64,000 bases of DNA from a virus. The translations under genes were made by a program, and so were the position numbers. Positions 29,441 through 38,441 of the stretch are shown here, in pieces. The notes below the pieces were generated by a model. It did no database searches. It saw only the letters and a program-made list of their open reading frames with translations, and was not told where the DNA came from. Every line of letters starts with the position of its first letter. Position 1 is the stretch's first letter. Location of the stretch: IMG/VR virus record IMGVR_UViG_3300031857_000038, positions 54,794 through 118,793 of that record; one strand, 5' to 3'.

Positions 29441-29923
29441 ATGTCTTTGCCCACTACGATACACATTGATCGTCTCCCCAATCTTAGATTTGACCTTGCT
29501 CAACTGTTGAGAGAATACCAAAGTGTCTCATACATTCTAACGGATGTTACCAATCATGGCAATGCTGTATTAGTCCAAAGTAAGTTCCATCTTGTGCAGA
29601 CAGGCAGAGAGTCAACCGAACTTAGCAATCTTCCATATACCCATGAAGTCATTAGAACAATAATGAACATTCATAAGTTTGACTCCGCAACTTATAGAAT
29701 CGTTATGCCCAACACTTGCTACAATTGGCACGTTGACAAGGGAAAGACTTGTGTTCATATTCCTATAATCACCAACATAGGTTGCAGGTTTATTTACGAG
29801 CATAAATCATTCTTGATGCCTGCTGATGGTAGCGCCTATGTAGTCAATAACGGTATCCCTCATTCTTTTATGAATGCAGGTTCAGAGCCTAGATTGCATC
29901 TTACCTTTGAAAATCTAGATTGA
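29441..29923 (+). CDS. Aspartyl/asparaginyl beta-hydroxylase-like 2OG-Fe(II) oxygenase
   Basis: WHVD...HIPIITN...DGSAY..N...HSF.N.G...R.HL. Confidence 0.78.
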   Translation: MSLPTTIHIDRLPNLRFDLAQLLREYQSVSYILTDVTNHGNAVLVQSKFHLVQTGRESTELSNLPYTHEVIRTIMNIHKFDSATYRIVMPNTCYNWHVDKGKTCVHIPIITNIGCRFIYEHKSFLMPADGSAYVVNNGIPHSFMNAGSEPRLHLTFENLD

Positions 29924-29940
29924 CCATAGAACTATACTGA

Positions 29941-29946
29941 TAAATA
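29941..29946 (+). promoter_or_regulatory. Late promoter core TAAATA
   Basis: gaTAAATA 4 nt before the ATG at 29951. Confidence 0.6.
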
Positions 29947-29950
29947 CAGT

Positions 29951-32773
29951 ATGGACATTAATGAACTAGAATCCTTTAAATTAAGCGATGCTGTAACTTT
30001 TCACAAGGAATTGAACCCTAAGTTGTGGGAAGGTACTAAACTTGACCCAGAAGTGCGTGATCAGTTATTGTTGATTGCAGAAGATTTTGTAGAATATCTA
30101 GGCATTAGTAATCTTAAAGTTAGAGACGTTACCATCAGTGGTAGTAACGCTGCCTATTCATATACTCCACACAGTGATTTAGACTTGCACGTATTGGTAG
30201 ACTTCAATGAACTACCAAACAATGAAGTGTATCAAGAACTATTCACTGCTAAGAAAACATTATACAACGATGCCCACGACATTACCGTTCGTGATGTTCC
30301 TGTAGAATTATATGTACAGGACACTAACCAACCCCATTTTAGCTTAGGTGAATACAGCGTTGTATATGACAAGTGGATTCGTATTCCTAAAAAGCGTAGA
30401 GCAAATTTTGACGAAGCTGCAACTAAAGCAAAGTATGAGAAGCTTGGCGACCTCATTGAGTTAGCATTGAAGTCAAGAGATCCAAAAAGAGTCAACGATA
30501 CCCTCGCATTAATTAAGCGTTATCGCAAGAGCGGGCTAGAGAAAGCCGGCGAGTTTGGTCCTGAGAATCTAGCATTCAAAGCAATCAGAAAGCAAGGACT
30601 GATTCAAGACCTACATGACCTTAAAACACAACTACACGCTGAAAAGTTAAGCATTGACGAGTATGCTAATGAAGACTACGACCCAAATGGTCCGCCCCCT
30701 GGTCCTGAGTTTAAGCCGACGATGCCTGCAGGTACTGTCAGAGTAGACGTTAGTGATGTATACGACTGGTACAAGCTAGGACAGCATATCAGCAATATGA
30801 AGGGTTTAGGCAAGCATGACTTTGGTAAAGGTCCTCCCAGCACTATCTTCTCATTTGGTGATGAAGATACCGAACACAAATATATTAAAGATTTAGAAAA
30901 GACTGGTCTAACCACAACTGACATTGACCCTATTGACCCTAATCAACCTAAAGGTATGAAACGTCAAAAGACTGACCCTACGTATAATGTCAATGAGACA
31001 GACGATAGAAAAGCAGCAGTACTTAAGATTCAGAAACATTTGAATAAGAAGTATGGCGCTAACCTTGACCTTGATGGTAAGCTAGGTCCGTTGACTCTCA
31101 AATCAATCAACAAGTTTATGCCTAGAGCAAAGACTGGATTAGCTGATGAGCCTAACAAGACAACAGCAGTGCAGGGTAAGAAGCTAAAAGAAAGTCAGTA
31201 TGAAAACAAAATTGAAAACTTCGTTCAATCGCTGAATCCTGATGATGTTGGTGTAGAACAAATTGGTCCGTACCACGTTCACTTTGAAGGCTTCACTGAT
31301 GAATGTCAACAGGATGCAGAAAGACGATGCAATCTACCATCGGACAACCCACGACACTTAGCAAACTATGACGATGTTTATAAGGAAGTCATACGAGACT
31401 TTGTTAGGCGTGAAGGCGGCAAAAAGCCACTAAAAGTTGGCTTTGCTGGATATCAAGATTACCCTGTTATATATGCAGTGTTTGCCAATCCTGAACCATA
31501 CAAGAATCCAGATACTTGGAATCCAAAAATAGATGAAACAGTTGACGCACACACTATCTACAGCGATGTACAAAGCGGGCACCGAGAACCGGATGACTTT
31601 GTTGAAGGTGATATTGGTGACAGAATCTATTGGTTTGATGATTATAAATTAACCTCACTTCCTATATCTAATCTTAATCTAGATGAACATTATGTAGATG
31701 AGGACCTAGTAGATGACTACATAGAGCATATCAAAGACTCACCGAAAACTATGCCTCCGATTGTTTATGATCCTATTGCAAAATCAATAATTGACGGAAT
31801 CCATCGTGCTAATGCTTATGCTAATTTAGGATATGATACTATCCCAGCTTATGTTGGACTAACCAAATCTAGCAGCTACGGTGAGCGAGAAGGCGATAAC
31901 GATTTATATGAAGCCTCAGGATACATTCCATCAGCAAAAGAAAAGAACGATCCTCGCTTCAAGACTGCCCTCACCGTAGATGTAAAGCCAGACGCAATCA
32001 AGAAGAACGCTAAGGCATTTGGCTTCAAGACTTCCAGAGCAGGCATCCCTCCCCAAGCCAGAGCAGACGGAAAGATTGCAGAAGACCTAATGCGAGAGTT
32101 TAAAACTTTTTTAGGTGAGCAGCAGGAAGAAATGTTTCCGGGCTATGACGAGCAGCACAGAGAAAAGCGTTTAGGTAATTGGTTAGCAAAGTCTTGGGGC
32201 GTACAGAACGGCAAGCCACAGACATTCTATCACGCAACAACCAAAGACTTTGACACATTCAATACGCATGGCACAGGATTCGCTAGTGCATTGGGAATGG
32301 CATATGAAGTAGAGCGTCATGGTTCCTTCTTCGCAGTGGACCCAAAGTTTGCTGAAGGCTTCATTGAAGATCCAAACACTGGGCGAGTCAAGGAAGGTGG
32401 CAGAATTCTTCCGGTACACCTGTCAATACAATCTCCGATTGATTTACGTGATGATGCACTGTCAAGAATGCTGAGTGATGAGGAAACCGTAGCAGAATTC
32501 AAAGCTAACGACATTGACCTTCGTTCAATCTACAATCACTTTTACGAACTTGAACGATGGGAACTGTTTGATGGTCCCGAAGGCGCAGAGTTTATTGATA
32601 ACCTACAGAAGCTAGGCTTTGATGGGGCAATCATTAACGAAGCAATCCCTAACAATAGCAACGCTAAGTCCGGTCAAGTCTGGGTCGCCTTCAATCCTAA
32701 TCAGGTCAAGTCAGTTTACAATCGCGGCTCGTTCTCCCCTGACGATAATAGGCTCACTAAAGAAAGCGGTTGA
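29951..32773 (+). CDS. Multidomain polyvalent protein: Pol-beta-type nucleotidyltransferase, PG-binding-like, ParB/Srx-like and ADP-ribosyltransferase-like domains
   Basis: GSNAAY...SDLDLH...VELYVQD; IQKHLN...LDLDGKLGPLT; PPIV...IIDGIHRANA; YHATTKDFDTF...GSFFA...VHLSIQSP...GFDGAI...VAFNPNQVKS. Confidence 0.75.
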   Translation: MDINELESFKLSDAVTFHKELNPKLWEGTKLDPEVRDQLLLIAEDFVEYLGISNLKVRDVTISGSNAAYSYTPHSDLDLHVLVDFNELPNNEVYQELFTAKKTLYNDAHDITVRDVPVELYVQDTNQPHFSLGEYSVVYDKWIRIPKKRRANFDEAATKAKYEKLGDLIELALKSRDPKRVNDTLALIKRYRKSGLEKAGEFGPENLAFKAIRKQGLIQDLHDLKTQLHAEKLSIDEYANEDYDPNGPPPGPEFKPTMPAGTVRVDVSDVYDWYKLGQHISNMKGLGKHDFGKGPPSTIFSFGDEDTEHKYIKDLEKTGLTTTDIDPIDPNQPKGMKRQKTDPTYNVNETDDRKAAVLKIQKHLNKKYGANLDLDGKLGPLTLKSINKFMPRAKTGLADEPNKTTAVQGKKLKESQYENKIENFVQSLNPDDVGVEQIGPYHVHFEGFTDECQQDAERRCNLPSDNPRHLANYDDVYKEVIRDFVRREGGKKPLKVGFAGYQDYPVIYAVFANPEPYKNPDTWNPKIDETVDAHTIYSDVQSGHREPDDFVEGDIGDRIYWFDDYKLTSLPISNLNLDEHYVDEDLVDDYIEHIKDSPKTMPPIVYDPIAKSIIDGIHRANAYANLGYDTIPAYVGLTKSSSYGEREGDNDLYEASGYIPSAKEKNDPRFKTALTVDVKPDAIKKNAKAFGFKTSRAGIPPQARADGKIAEDLMREFKTFLGEQQEEMFPGYDEQHREKRLGNWLAKSWGVQNGKPQTFYHATTKDFDTFNTHGTGFASALGMAYEVERHGSFFAVDPKFAEGFIEDPNTGRVKEGGRILPVHLSIQSPIDLRDDALSRMLSDEETVAEFKANDIDLRSIYNHFYELERWELFDGPEGAEFIDNLQKLGFDGAIINEAIPNNSNAKSGQVWVAFNPNQVKSVYNRGSFSPDDNRLTKESG

Positions 32774-32798
32774 CTTATGCCCAAAACTACTGTAGTGT
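32770..32798 (+). promoter_or_regulatory. Probable sigma70-type early promoter
   Basis: ggTTGACT-17 nt-TAGTGT. Confidence 0.45.
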
Positions 32799-32804
32799 GA
32801 TAAT

Positions 32805-33065
32805 ATGGATAGAACGTTTAACACTGCAATAGAAGCTAGGGAAATCATCGGTGACCTACGTATTCAGTTGAAGCGTCTTCCATACAATCCTGACCTCATG
32901 AAATTCTGTAACAATATTGGTGAAATGAATAACACCCTTAGTCGCCTTGAGGTTGAAATGCGCCAAACTCGTAAATCATATAAGTTTGATGCACATAAGG
33001 AAGACATGATCAAGGCTATCAATCATCTTGAGCAGCTTATCCTTATGGCAAAACTCATGGCATAA
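32805..33065 (+). CDS. Hypothetical helical protein
   Basis: ORF track; lies between two promoter motifs. Confidence 0.6.
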   Translation: MDRTFNTAIEAREIIGDLRIQLKRLPYNPDLMKFCNNIGEMNNTLSRLEVEMRQTRKSYKFDAHKEDMIKAINHLEQLILMAKLMA

Positions 33066-33093
33066 AAAAATATCCACTAAGGCGAAAAAGTGG

Positions 33094-33122
33094 TTGACTT
33101 ACCCCTCACAATGTCGTATAAC
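33094..33122 (+). promoter_or_regulatory. sigma70-type early promoter
   Basis: A-tract, then ggTTGACT-17 nt-TATAAC. Confidence 0.75.
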
Positions 33123-33185
33123 AAGACTATAGAGAGCAACGAAGCAAACACTCTCTGTATTTGTTCAAACTAAGGAGCTTAAATT

Positions 33186-34286
33186 ATGTCTCAGATGTCC
33201 GATAATCTCACTATCACTTCAATTCAGGCCCGTAAGGCAATTCTCGCTGCGTTTAAGGCAAAGCGTCCTGTCTTTCTTTGGGGCCCTCCAGGCATCGGTA
33301 AGTCCGAATGCGTTCAGGAAATCACTGATGAACTCGGTGGTTACATGGTCGATTTGCGTATGGCGCAGATGGAACCGACTGACATTCGCGGTATCCCCTA
33401 CTTCAACAAGGATATCGGCAAGATGGATTGGGCCGAGCCTGTCGATCTTCCTAGCGAAGAACTCGCTGCACAGTATCCGATTGTGGTTCTGTTTCTTGAC
33501 GAAATGAACTCTGCCCCGCCCGCTGTTCAGGCTGCTGGTTATCAGCTTATTCTGAACCGTCGTGTTGGTAAGTACAAGCTGCCTGATAACGTTGTTATCG
33601 TTGCTGCTGGTAACCGCGATAGCGACAAGGGCGTTACATATCGTATGCCGATGCCGCTTGCTAACCGTTTCGTTCACCTTGAAATGCGTCCTGACTTCAA
33701 TTCTTGGCAGCAGTGGGCTGTTAACAAGGGCGTTCACAAGGACGTTGTTGGTTATCTCTCGTTCGCTAAGCAGGATATGTACGACTTTGACGCTAAGGCT
33801 TCGTCTCGTGCCTTCGCTACCCCGCGTTCGTGGGTGTTCGTGAGCGACTTGCTTACTGACGAGGACAACGTTGATAACGATACGCTGTTCAATCTCGTTG
33901 CTGGTGCAGTTGGTGACGGTCTCGCTACTAAGTTCATGGCACATCGTCGTGTTGCTGGTCAGATGCCGAACCCCGCTGACATTCTTGATGGTAAGGTCAA
34001 GGACCTTAAGGTCAAGGAAATCTCTGCGATGTATTCGCTTACGATTTCTATGTGCTACGAACTTAAGGAAGCACTTGACAACAAGCGTGTTGATAACAAG
34101 CAGTTCCACGTGATGGCTGATAACTTCTTTGAATACATCATGAAGAACTTCGAAACTGAACTGGTTGTGATGGGTGCTAAGATTGCGCTTAAGACGTACC
34201 GTCTGCCGATTGAGCCCTCGCAGCTTTCTAACTTTGACGAGTTCCACAAGAAGTACGGTAAGTACATCGTGGAAGCTGGCAACTAA
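33186..34286 (+). CDS. MoxR/CbbQ-like AAA+ ATPase (AAA_5 type)
   Basis: Walker A GPPGIGKS, Walker B LFLDEMN, AAGNR, LANRF, TPRSW; AAGGAG SD. Confidence 0.88.
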   Translation: MSQMSDNLTITSIQARKAILAAFKAKRPVFLWGPPGIGKSECVQEITDELGGYMVDLRMAQMEPTDIRGIPYFNKDIGKMDWAEPVDLPSEELAAQYPIVVLFLDEMNSAPPAVQAAGYQLILNRRVGKYKLPDNVVIVAAGNRDSDKGVTYRMPMPLANRFVHLEMRPDFNSWQQWAVNKGVHKDVVGYLSFAKQDMYDFDAKASSRAFATPRSWVFVSDLLTDEDNVDNDTLFNLVAGAVGDGLATKFMAHRRVAGQMPNPADILDGKVKDLKVKEISAMYSLTISMCYELKEALDNKRVDNKQFHVMADNFFEYIMKNFETELVVMGAKIALKTYRLPIEPSQLSNFDEFHKKYGKYIVEAGN

Positions 34287-34299
34287 GCCAGCAAGCTCC

Positions 34300-34333
34300 G
34301 GGGGAGGGTTCGAGACAGCCCTCCCCCATTTTT
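34300..34333 (+). terminator. Rho-independent terminator
   Basis: GGGGGAGGGTT / AGCCCTCCCCC stem followed by ATTTTT. Confidence 0.8.
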
Positions 34334-34346
34334 CGTAGGTATTAAT

Positions 34347-34547
34347 ATGAGCATAGCCACTTGCGCGGTTTGCGGTGTCCAAGTAGAAAGAACACTTCAT
34401 CAATTCCCTACTCGCAAGTATCCGCACAATGCTCCCTACCTTGCTGCTCTATATCACCGAGATCCGTTTTGGGGTAAAGGTGACTTTGAAGAATATTGCA
34501 GCGCCAAATGCGCTACAGAAGCGTTCTTAAAAAGCAAACAAACTTGA
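34347..34547 (+). CDS. Small putative zinc-binding protein
   Basis: CAVCG ... YCSAKC pattern. Confidence 0.5.
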   Translation: MSIATCAVCGVQVERTLHQFPTRKYPHNAPYLAALYHRDPFWGKGDFEEYCSAKCATEAFLKSKQT

Positions 34548-34556
34548 AGTTTTTGG

Positions 34557-34585
34557 TTGACAATACCCTTAAGGTTTGTTATATT
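34557..34585 (+). promoter_or_regulatory. sigma70-type early promoter
   Basis: ggTTGACA-17 nt-TATATT; the ORF-track TTG start at 34557 is actually the -35 box. Confidence 0.72.
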
Positions 34586-34610
34586 GACTATATCAACTAA
34601 GGAGATTTCT

Positions 34611-35927
34611 ATGAGTGACGTTATTCCCGGTACTGCGACTAAGCCTAAGAAGGGCAAGCGCACCCGTAGCAAGAAGTTTGAAAATCTGATTGGTCCGACT
34701 GACCCTAAGATTGATCACGAAGCCCGTGAGCGTCTTATTACCGCTCGTATCGGTCTCCTGCTCCGTCAAAGCTTTTTCGGTAATCTCGCTACTCGTATGC
34801 AGCTTGTAAACGCTGACGAATGGTGCTCCACTGCTGCTACTGACGGTCTGCGTTTCTACTACAACAGTCGTTTCATTAAGATGCTTCGCACTAAGGAAGT
34901 TGAATTCCTTGTCGGTCACGAAGTTCTTCACGTTGTTTACGATCACCTTGGTCGTCGTGACAATCGTGACCCTGAGATTTGGAACATTGCTAACGACTAT
35001 GCCGTTAATGCTGACCTCAAGCGTCACAAGGTCGGTGAAATGATTACTACTGTTCCTGCTCTTTATGAGAGCAAGTACGATGGTCTTGCTTCGGAAGTCA
35101 TTTACGACGACCTCATGAAGAATGTCAAGTATATCAACATTGACGACCTTCTTGACAAGATGCTTGACGATCACCTTGAAGATGAAGGTCAAGGTTCTGG
35201 TGATGGTGACGAAGATGGCGAAGGCAATGGTCAGAAGGGTAATGGTAAGCGTCCGCGGATGAGTCCTGAGGAGCGTGAACAGGCCCGTCAGGAAATGAAG
35301 CAGGCTATTCTTAACGCTGCACAGACTGCCGAAGCTGGTACTATTCCGCTGGGCGTTGAACGTCTTATCAAGCAGCTTACTGACCCTGTCATGCCCTGGC
35401 GTGAACTTATCCAAACTAATTTGACCTCTGCTATCAAGTCCGATTACACTTGGATGCGTCCTTCTCGTCGTTCTTGGCACATGGATGCTGTTATGCCTGG
35501 TATGAATCCTGGTGAAGAAATTGACGTTGATATCTATATTGATATGTCAGGTTCTATCAGTAATAAGCAGGGTATGCAGTTCCTTAGCGAAGTTGGTGGT
35601 ATGATGGAAGCGTTTGATGGTTACTCGCTCCGCGTCACTTGCTTTGATACTCGCTGCTACAACACGCAGGAGTATACGAGCGAGAACATGGAGAACATTG
35701 AGGAGTATCAGCTTCACGGTGGCGGCGGTACCGACTTTGATAGCATCTTTGATGACCTCAAGGAAGCTGGTCGTGTTCCCAATCGCTTGATTGTCTTCAC
35801 TGATGGTTATCCGTGCGGTAGCTGGGGTGATGCTGATTACTGTGATACGACTTGGATCATTCACGGTGACCCCAATCCGAACCCGCCCTTCGGTACATAT
35901 GCTATCTACGATGATCACAAAAAATAA
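34611..35927 (+). CDS. Metallopeptidase-like (HExxH) plus VWA domain protein (DUF2201-like), MoxR partner
   Basis: TAATDG, GHEVLH, WNIANDYAVN; MIDAS DMSGS, GGGGTDF, VFTDG; AAGGAG SD before the ATG at 34611. Confidence 0.85.
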   Translation: MSDVIPGTATKPKKGKRTRSKKFENLIGPTDPKIDHEARERLITARIGLLLRQSFFGNLATRMQLVNADEWCSTAATDGLRFYYNSRFIKMLRTKEVEFLVGHEVLHVVYDHLGRRDNRDPEIWNIANDYAVNADLKRHKVGEMITTVPALYESKYDGLASEVIYDDLMKNVKYINIDDLLDKMLDDHLEDEGQGSGDGDEDGEGNGQKGNGKRPRMSPEEREQARQEMKQAILNAAQTAEAGTIPLGVERLIKQLTDPVMPWRELIQTNLTSAIKSDYTWMRPSRRSWHMDAVMPGMNPGEEIDVDIYIDMSGSISNKQGMQFLSEVGGMMEAFDGYSLRVTCFDTRCYNTQEYTSENMENIEEYQLHGGGGTDFDSIFDDLKEAGRVPNRLIVFTDGYPCGSWGDADYCDTTWIIHGDPNPNPPFGTYAIYDDHKK

Positions 35928-36180
35928 TCCGATAGCAATAGTTGGGGCGACTATATACGAGTCCCCGGACGGTGGAAAGACGGTCTACGCAAGAAAGCGT
36001 GGATCGTCTGACCGCGTTTTAGTCCGCAAAGATGATACCGTAGAGGAAACTAAACAGCTTCTTGCTAGACGAGACCGGCTTACAAAAATCTGTGAATTGG
36101 CTAAAACAGTTCCCGCGTTAAACGACCAGCTAGAGAAGCTTGAAGAAATATATTTGTTGGTGAAAAATGAAAACGATTGA
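35911..36180 (+). CDS. Hypothetical phage protein
   Basis: IYESPDGGKTVYAR motif followed by a coiled-coil C-terminus; start uncertain. Confidence 0.6.
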   Translation: MITKNNPIAIVGATIYESPDGGKTVYARKRGSSDRVLVRKDDTVEETKQLLARRDRLTKICELAKTVPALNDQLEKLEEIYLLVKNEND

Positions 36181-36403
36181 CGATATCAACTTACACACTT
36201 GGTTTACTGACCGTGAATTAGATTTCACGCCTCCGCATTTTGTTAAGTCAGGAACTGTCTTGACTGACGAATCTAAGATTTGGATTCTAGAAAAGCTGGC
36301 CGGTAGATTTGCAATCTCTGGACATGAGGGCTTCTTTGGCTCTCTATCACCAGCGTTTGAAGATCCAAAGGAAGCGTTGTTTTATGAACTTAAGTGGGGT
36401 TAA
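36167..36403 (+). CDS. Small protein of the F/Y-x-L-[RK]-W family
   Basis: Ends FEDPKEALFYELKWG. Confidence 0.65.
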   Translation: MKTIDDINLHTWFTDRELDFTPPHFVKSGTVLTDESKIWILEKLAGRFAISGHEGFFGSLSPAFEDPKEALFYELKWG

Positions 36404-36701
36404 GGCTACTGGTGTTTGGATAGACGAAATGGGTTTTGAACCTGCGGCTAGGCGCATAGCTACATTTACTAAAGACACTAAACTCTTAATTGATAAAACA
36501 CCTTATCATTATGCTAATCCAATAATGTACTCATTTACTGAATTGGAGGAAATGGCTCAGTGGTGCTGGGACACCTTTGGACCTTGTGGGCATCACCAAG
36601 AAACTATGCGAACAGTCTGGAACTATCGTTCAGATCCAGACTATATCTTTTGGTTTGCAGAAGAAAAACACTTAACGATGTTCATCTTGCGATGGTCATG
36701 A
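36384..36701 (+). CDS. Small protein of the F-x-L-R-W family
   Basis: EMAQWC...FWFAEEKHLTMFILRWS; start uncertain. Confidence 0.6.
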   Translation: MNLSGVKATGVWIDEMGFEPAARRIATFTKDTKLLIDKTPYHYANPIMYSFTELEEMAQWCWDTFGPCGHHQETMRTVWNYRSDPDYIFWFAEEKHLTMFILRWS

Positions 36702-36931
36702 CTAAGGTGCGCATTGGCGCCAGTATGGCATCTAACGTATTAGAAGTACTCATTTGGCTGAGTGATAATGTAGGCGACTCAGACTTACGCCGACATTTTG
36801 ATAGCCATGCTACTCATTATTACGGTGAAAATTGGGAAGCTAGATGGTGCCAATTTGGAGCAGGATGGTTTATGGATGTAATATTCAATGATCCTAAACA
36901 CGCAACACTCTTTAGTTTGCGTTGGAAATAA
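36698..36931 (+). CDS. Small protein of the F-x-L-R-W family
   Basis: ATGA overlap; ends FNDPKHATLFSLRWK. Confidence 0.6.
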   Translation: MTKVRIGASMASNVLEVLIWLSDNVGDSDLRRHFDSHATHYYGENWEARWCQFGAGWFMDVIFNDPKHATLFSLRWK

Positions 36932-36957
36932 AAATATTCTCCAACCAATTTAGCAAT

Positions 36958-36963
36958 TAAATA
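36958..36963 (+). promoter_or_regulatory. Possible late promoter TAAATA
   Basis: Intergenic, upstream of an AGGAGA SD. Confidence 0.45.
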
Positions 36964-36991
36964 CAAGTGCGAATTTACAAGGAGAACGCAA

Positions 36992-37690
36992 ATGGCTTTT
37001 TTAAGACACGTAGGGAAGCACGGTGATCGCAAGGTAGCGGTCGTATTTCGTGAAGTACCCGGCGAGCCACACATGTGTTTGGTAGTATATACAGAACTAT
37101 TGAACAGAACTGTTCATGACCCGCTAGTAAAATGTATTGAGAGCGAGATTGGTCAGAATAGCAAGAATTTAGCGGATGCATTAAACCGCAGTTACACCAC
37201 AGATGGTCTTATCATCTTACAGAAACTTCATGCTGAAGGTCAGCTTAAGAAGGTTCAAACTGAACTTGTCGTAATGACCCCAACACCCGGAACACAGATT
37301 AAGCTTAGTGAACTAAACACTATCCTTGATGAAATGGAAAGAGGTGAAGCAGCAGTGCAGAAGCTTGCTGATATGGATAGTCAGATGGGTATGCAGGATC
37401 CAGTACAAGTTGCTAAGCGTATGCGCGGTGATGCAGTACCACAGGACACTGTTCCACCAGTTGCACCTTTAACAGCATCAGGCGACGCATTGGGTGACAA
37501 TGCTATTGCTAACAATCTTCGTCAACAGGCGATGAGAATGTCAGCAGAAGCAAAGGGACTACTCGCAGAAGCAGATAGGCTATTGCAAGAAGCTAATACA
37601 ATGGATCCAGTAGCATCTGCACCCGTAGTAAGCACTTCCGCAGCAGCAAAAAAGACTAGAGGAAGACCAAAGAAGGTCCTTACTGCATAA
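36992..37690 (+). CDS. Hypothetical phage protein with a C-terminal AT-hook-like motif
   Basis: AGGAG SD; coiled coil; KKTRGRPKK. Confidence 0.7.
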   Translation: MAFLRHVGKHGDRKVAVVFREVPGEPHMCLVVYTELLNRTVHDPLVKCIESEIGQNSKNLADALNRSYTTDGLIILQKLHAEGQLKKVQTELVVMTPTPGTQIKLSELNTILDEMERGEAAVQKLADMDSQMGMQDPVQVAKRMRGDAVPQDTVPPVAPLTASGDALGDNAIANNLRQQAMRMSAEAKGLLAEADRLLQEANTMDPVASAPVVSTSAAAKKTRGRPKKVLTA

Positions 37691-37701
37691 GGTGTTAGTT
37701 A

Positions 37702-37998
37702 ATGTCCCCTGAATTTATTGAAAAGTGGGAAAAATTACTTGAAGATGTTGACAAACAGCAAATTCCAGTTGAGTTTATTAAAAAAATTGTATTGAAGCTA
37801 GTAGGAAGAAAACAACATACTATTAATATACAGCGACTACTGGAACAAGGACTTTACCCTGACGAAATTGAAGATGCAATCAGTACTAAGCTTATTGAAT
37901 TAGATGAGTTAGTTACAGGAATTGAGTTCATCTTAAATGTAGAAAGTATTGCGGAAACAGTCCAACCCGAAACTGACAGATTATTGAATGGACTATGA
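37702..37998 (+). CDS. Hypothetical protein
   Basis: ORF track; tightly packed in the operon. Confidence 0.65.
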   Translation: MSPEFIEKWEKLLEDVDKQQIPVEFIKKIVLKLVGRKQHTINIQRLLEQGLYPDEIEDAISTKLIELDELVTGIEFILNVESIAETVQPETDRLLNGL

Positions 37999-38441
37999 AA
38001 TTAATATTAGCATGTGACCCAAATGGGGGTATAGGCTATCAAAACAGATTGCCCTGGAGTAACATTCAGGGCGATTTGCCAAGATTCAAGCGTTTGACTG
38101 AAGGACAACCAGTGATAATGGGACGCAATACTTGGGATAGCTTACCAAAGAAACCATTACCCAATCGTATCAATATCGTTGTTACGTCAAGGCCCTTTGA
38201 ACATGAAGGGGTAACTTGCGTATCTGATATCATGGACCACACTGATTGGTATTGGCTTATCGGTGGCGCCAAACTAATAGAACAATCATGGTCATATATC
38301 AATGAAGTTCATTTGACAAGAGTATACGACCATTACACTTGCGATACCTTCATAGATTTGCTATATCTAGAAGCTAACTTTACTAGAACATGGAGCGAAG
38401 TGTTCCCTGATCACAGATACGAAATTTGGAAAAGAAAATGA
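37995..38441 (+). CDS. folA: Dihydrofolate reductase
   Basis: GIG..NRLPW...DL.RFK.LT...VIMGRNTWDSLP.KPLPNR.N; IGGA; CDTF. Confidence 0.95.
   Translation: MKLILACDPNGGIGYQNRLPWSNIQGDLPRFKRLTEGQPVIMGRNTWDSLPKKPLPNRINIVVTSRPFEHEGVTCVSDIMDHTDWYWLIGGAKLIEQSWSYINEVHLTRVYDHYTCDTFIDLLYLEANFTRTWSEVFPDHRYEIWKRK

Noticed and set aside
34557-34610. TTG-initiated N-terminal extensions of ORFs 34557 and 55573
   Set aside because: The TTG is the -35 box of a promoter; SD-preceded ATGs lie at 34611 and 55633
33219-35480. Long minus-strand ORFs (402 aa and 295 aa)
   Set aside because: They are exact antisense shadows of the codon-biased AAA and VWA genes (few TTA/CTA/TCA codons), with no motifs or SD
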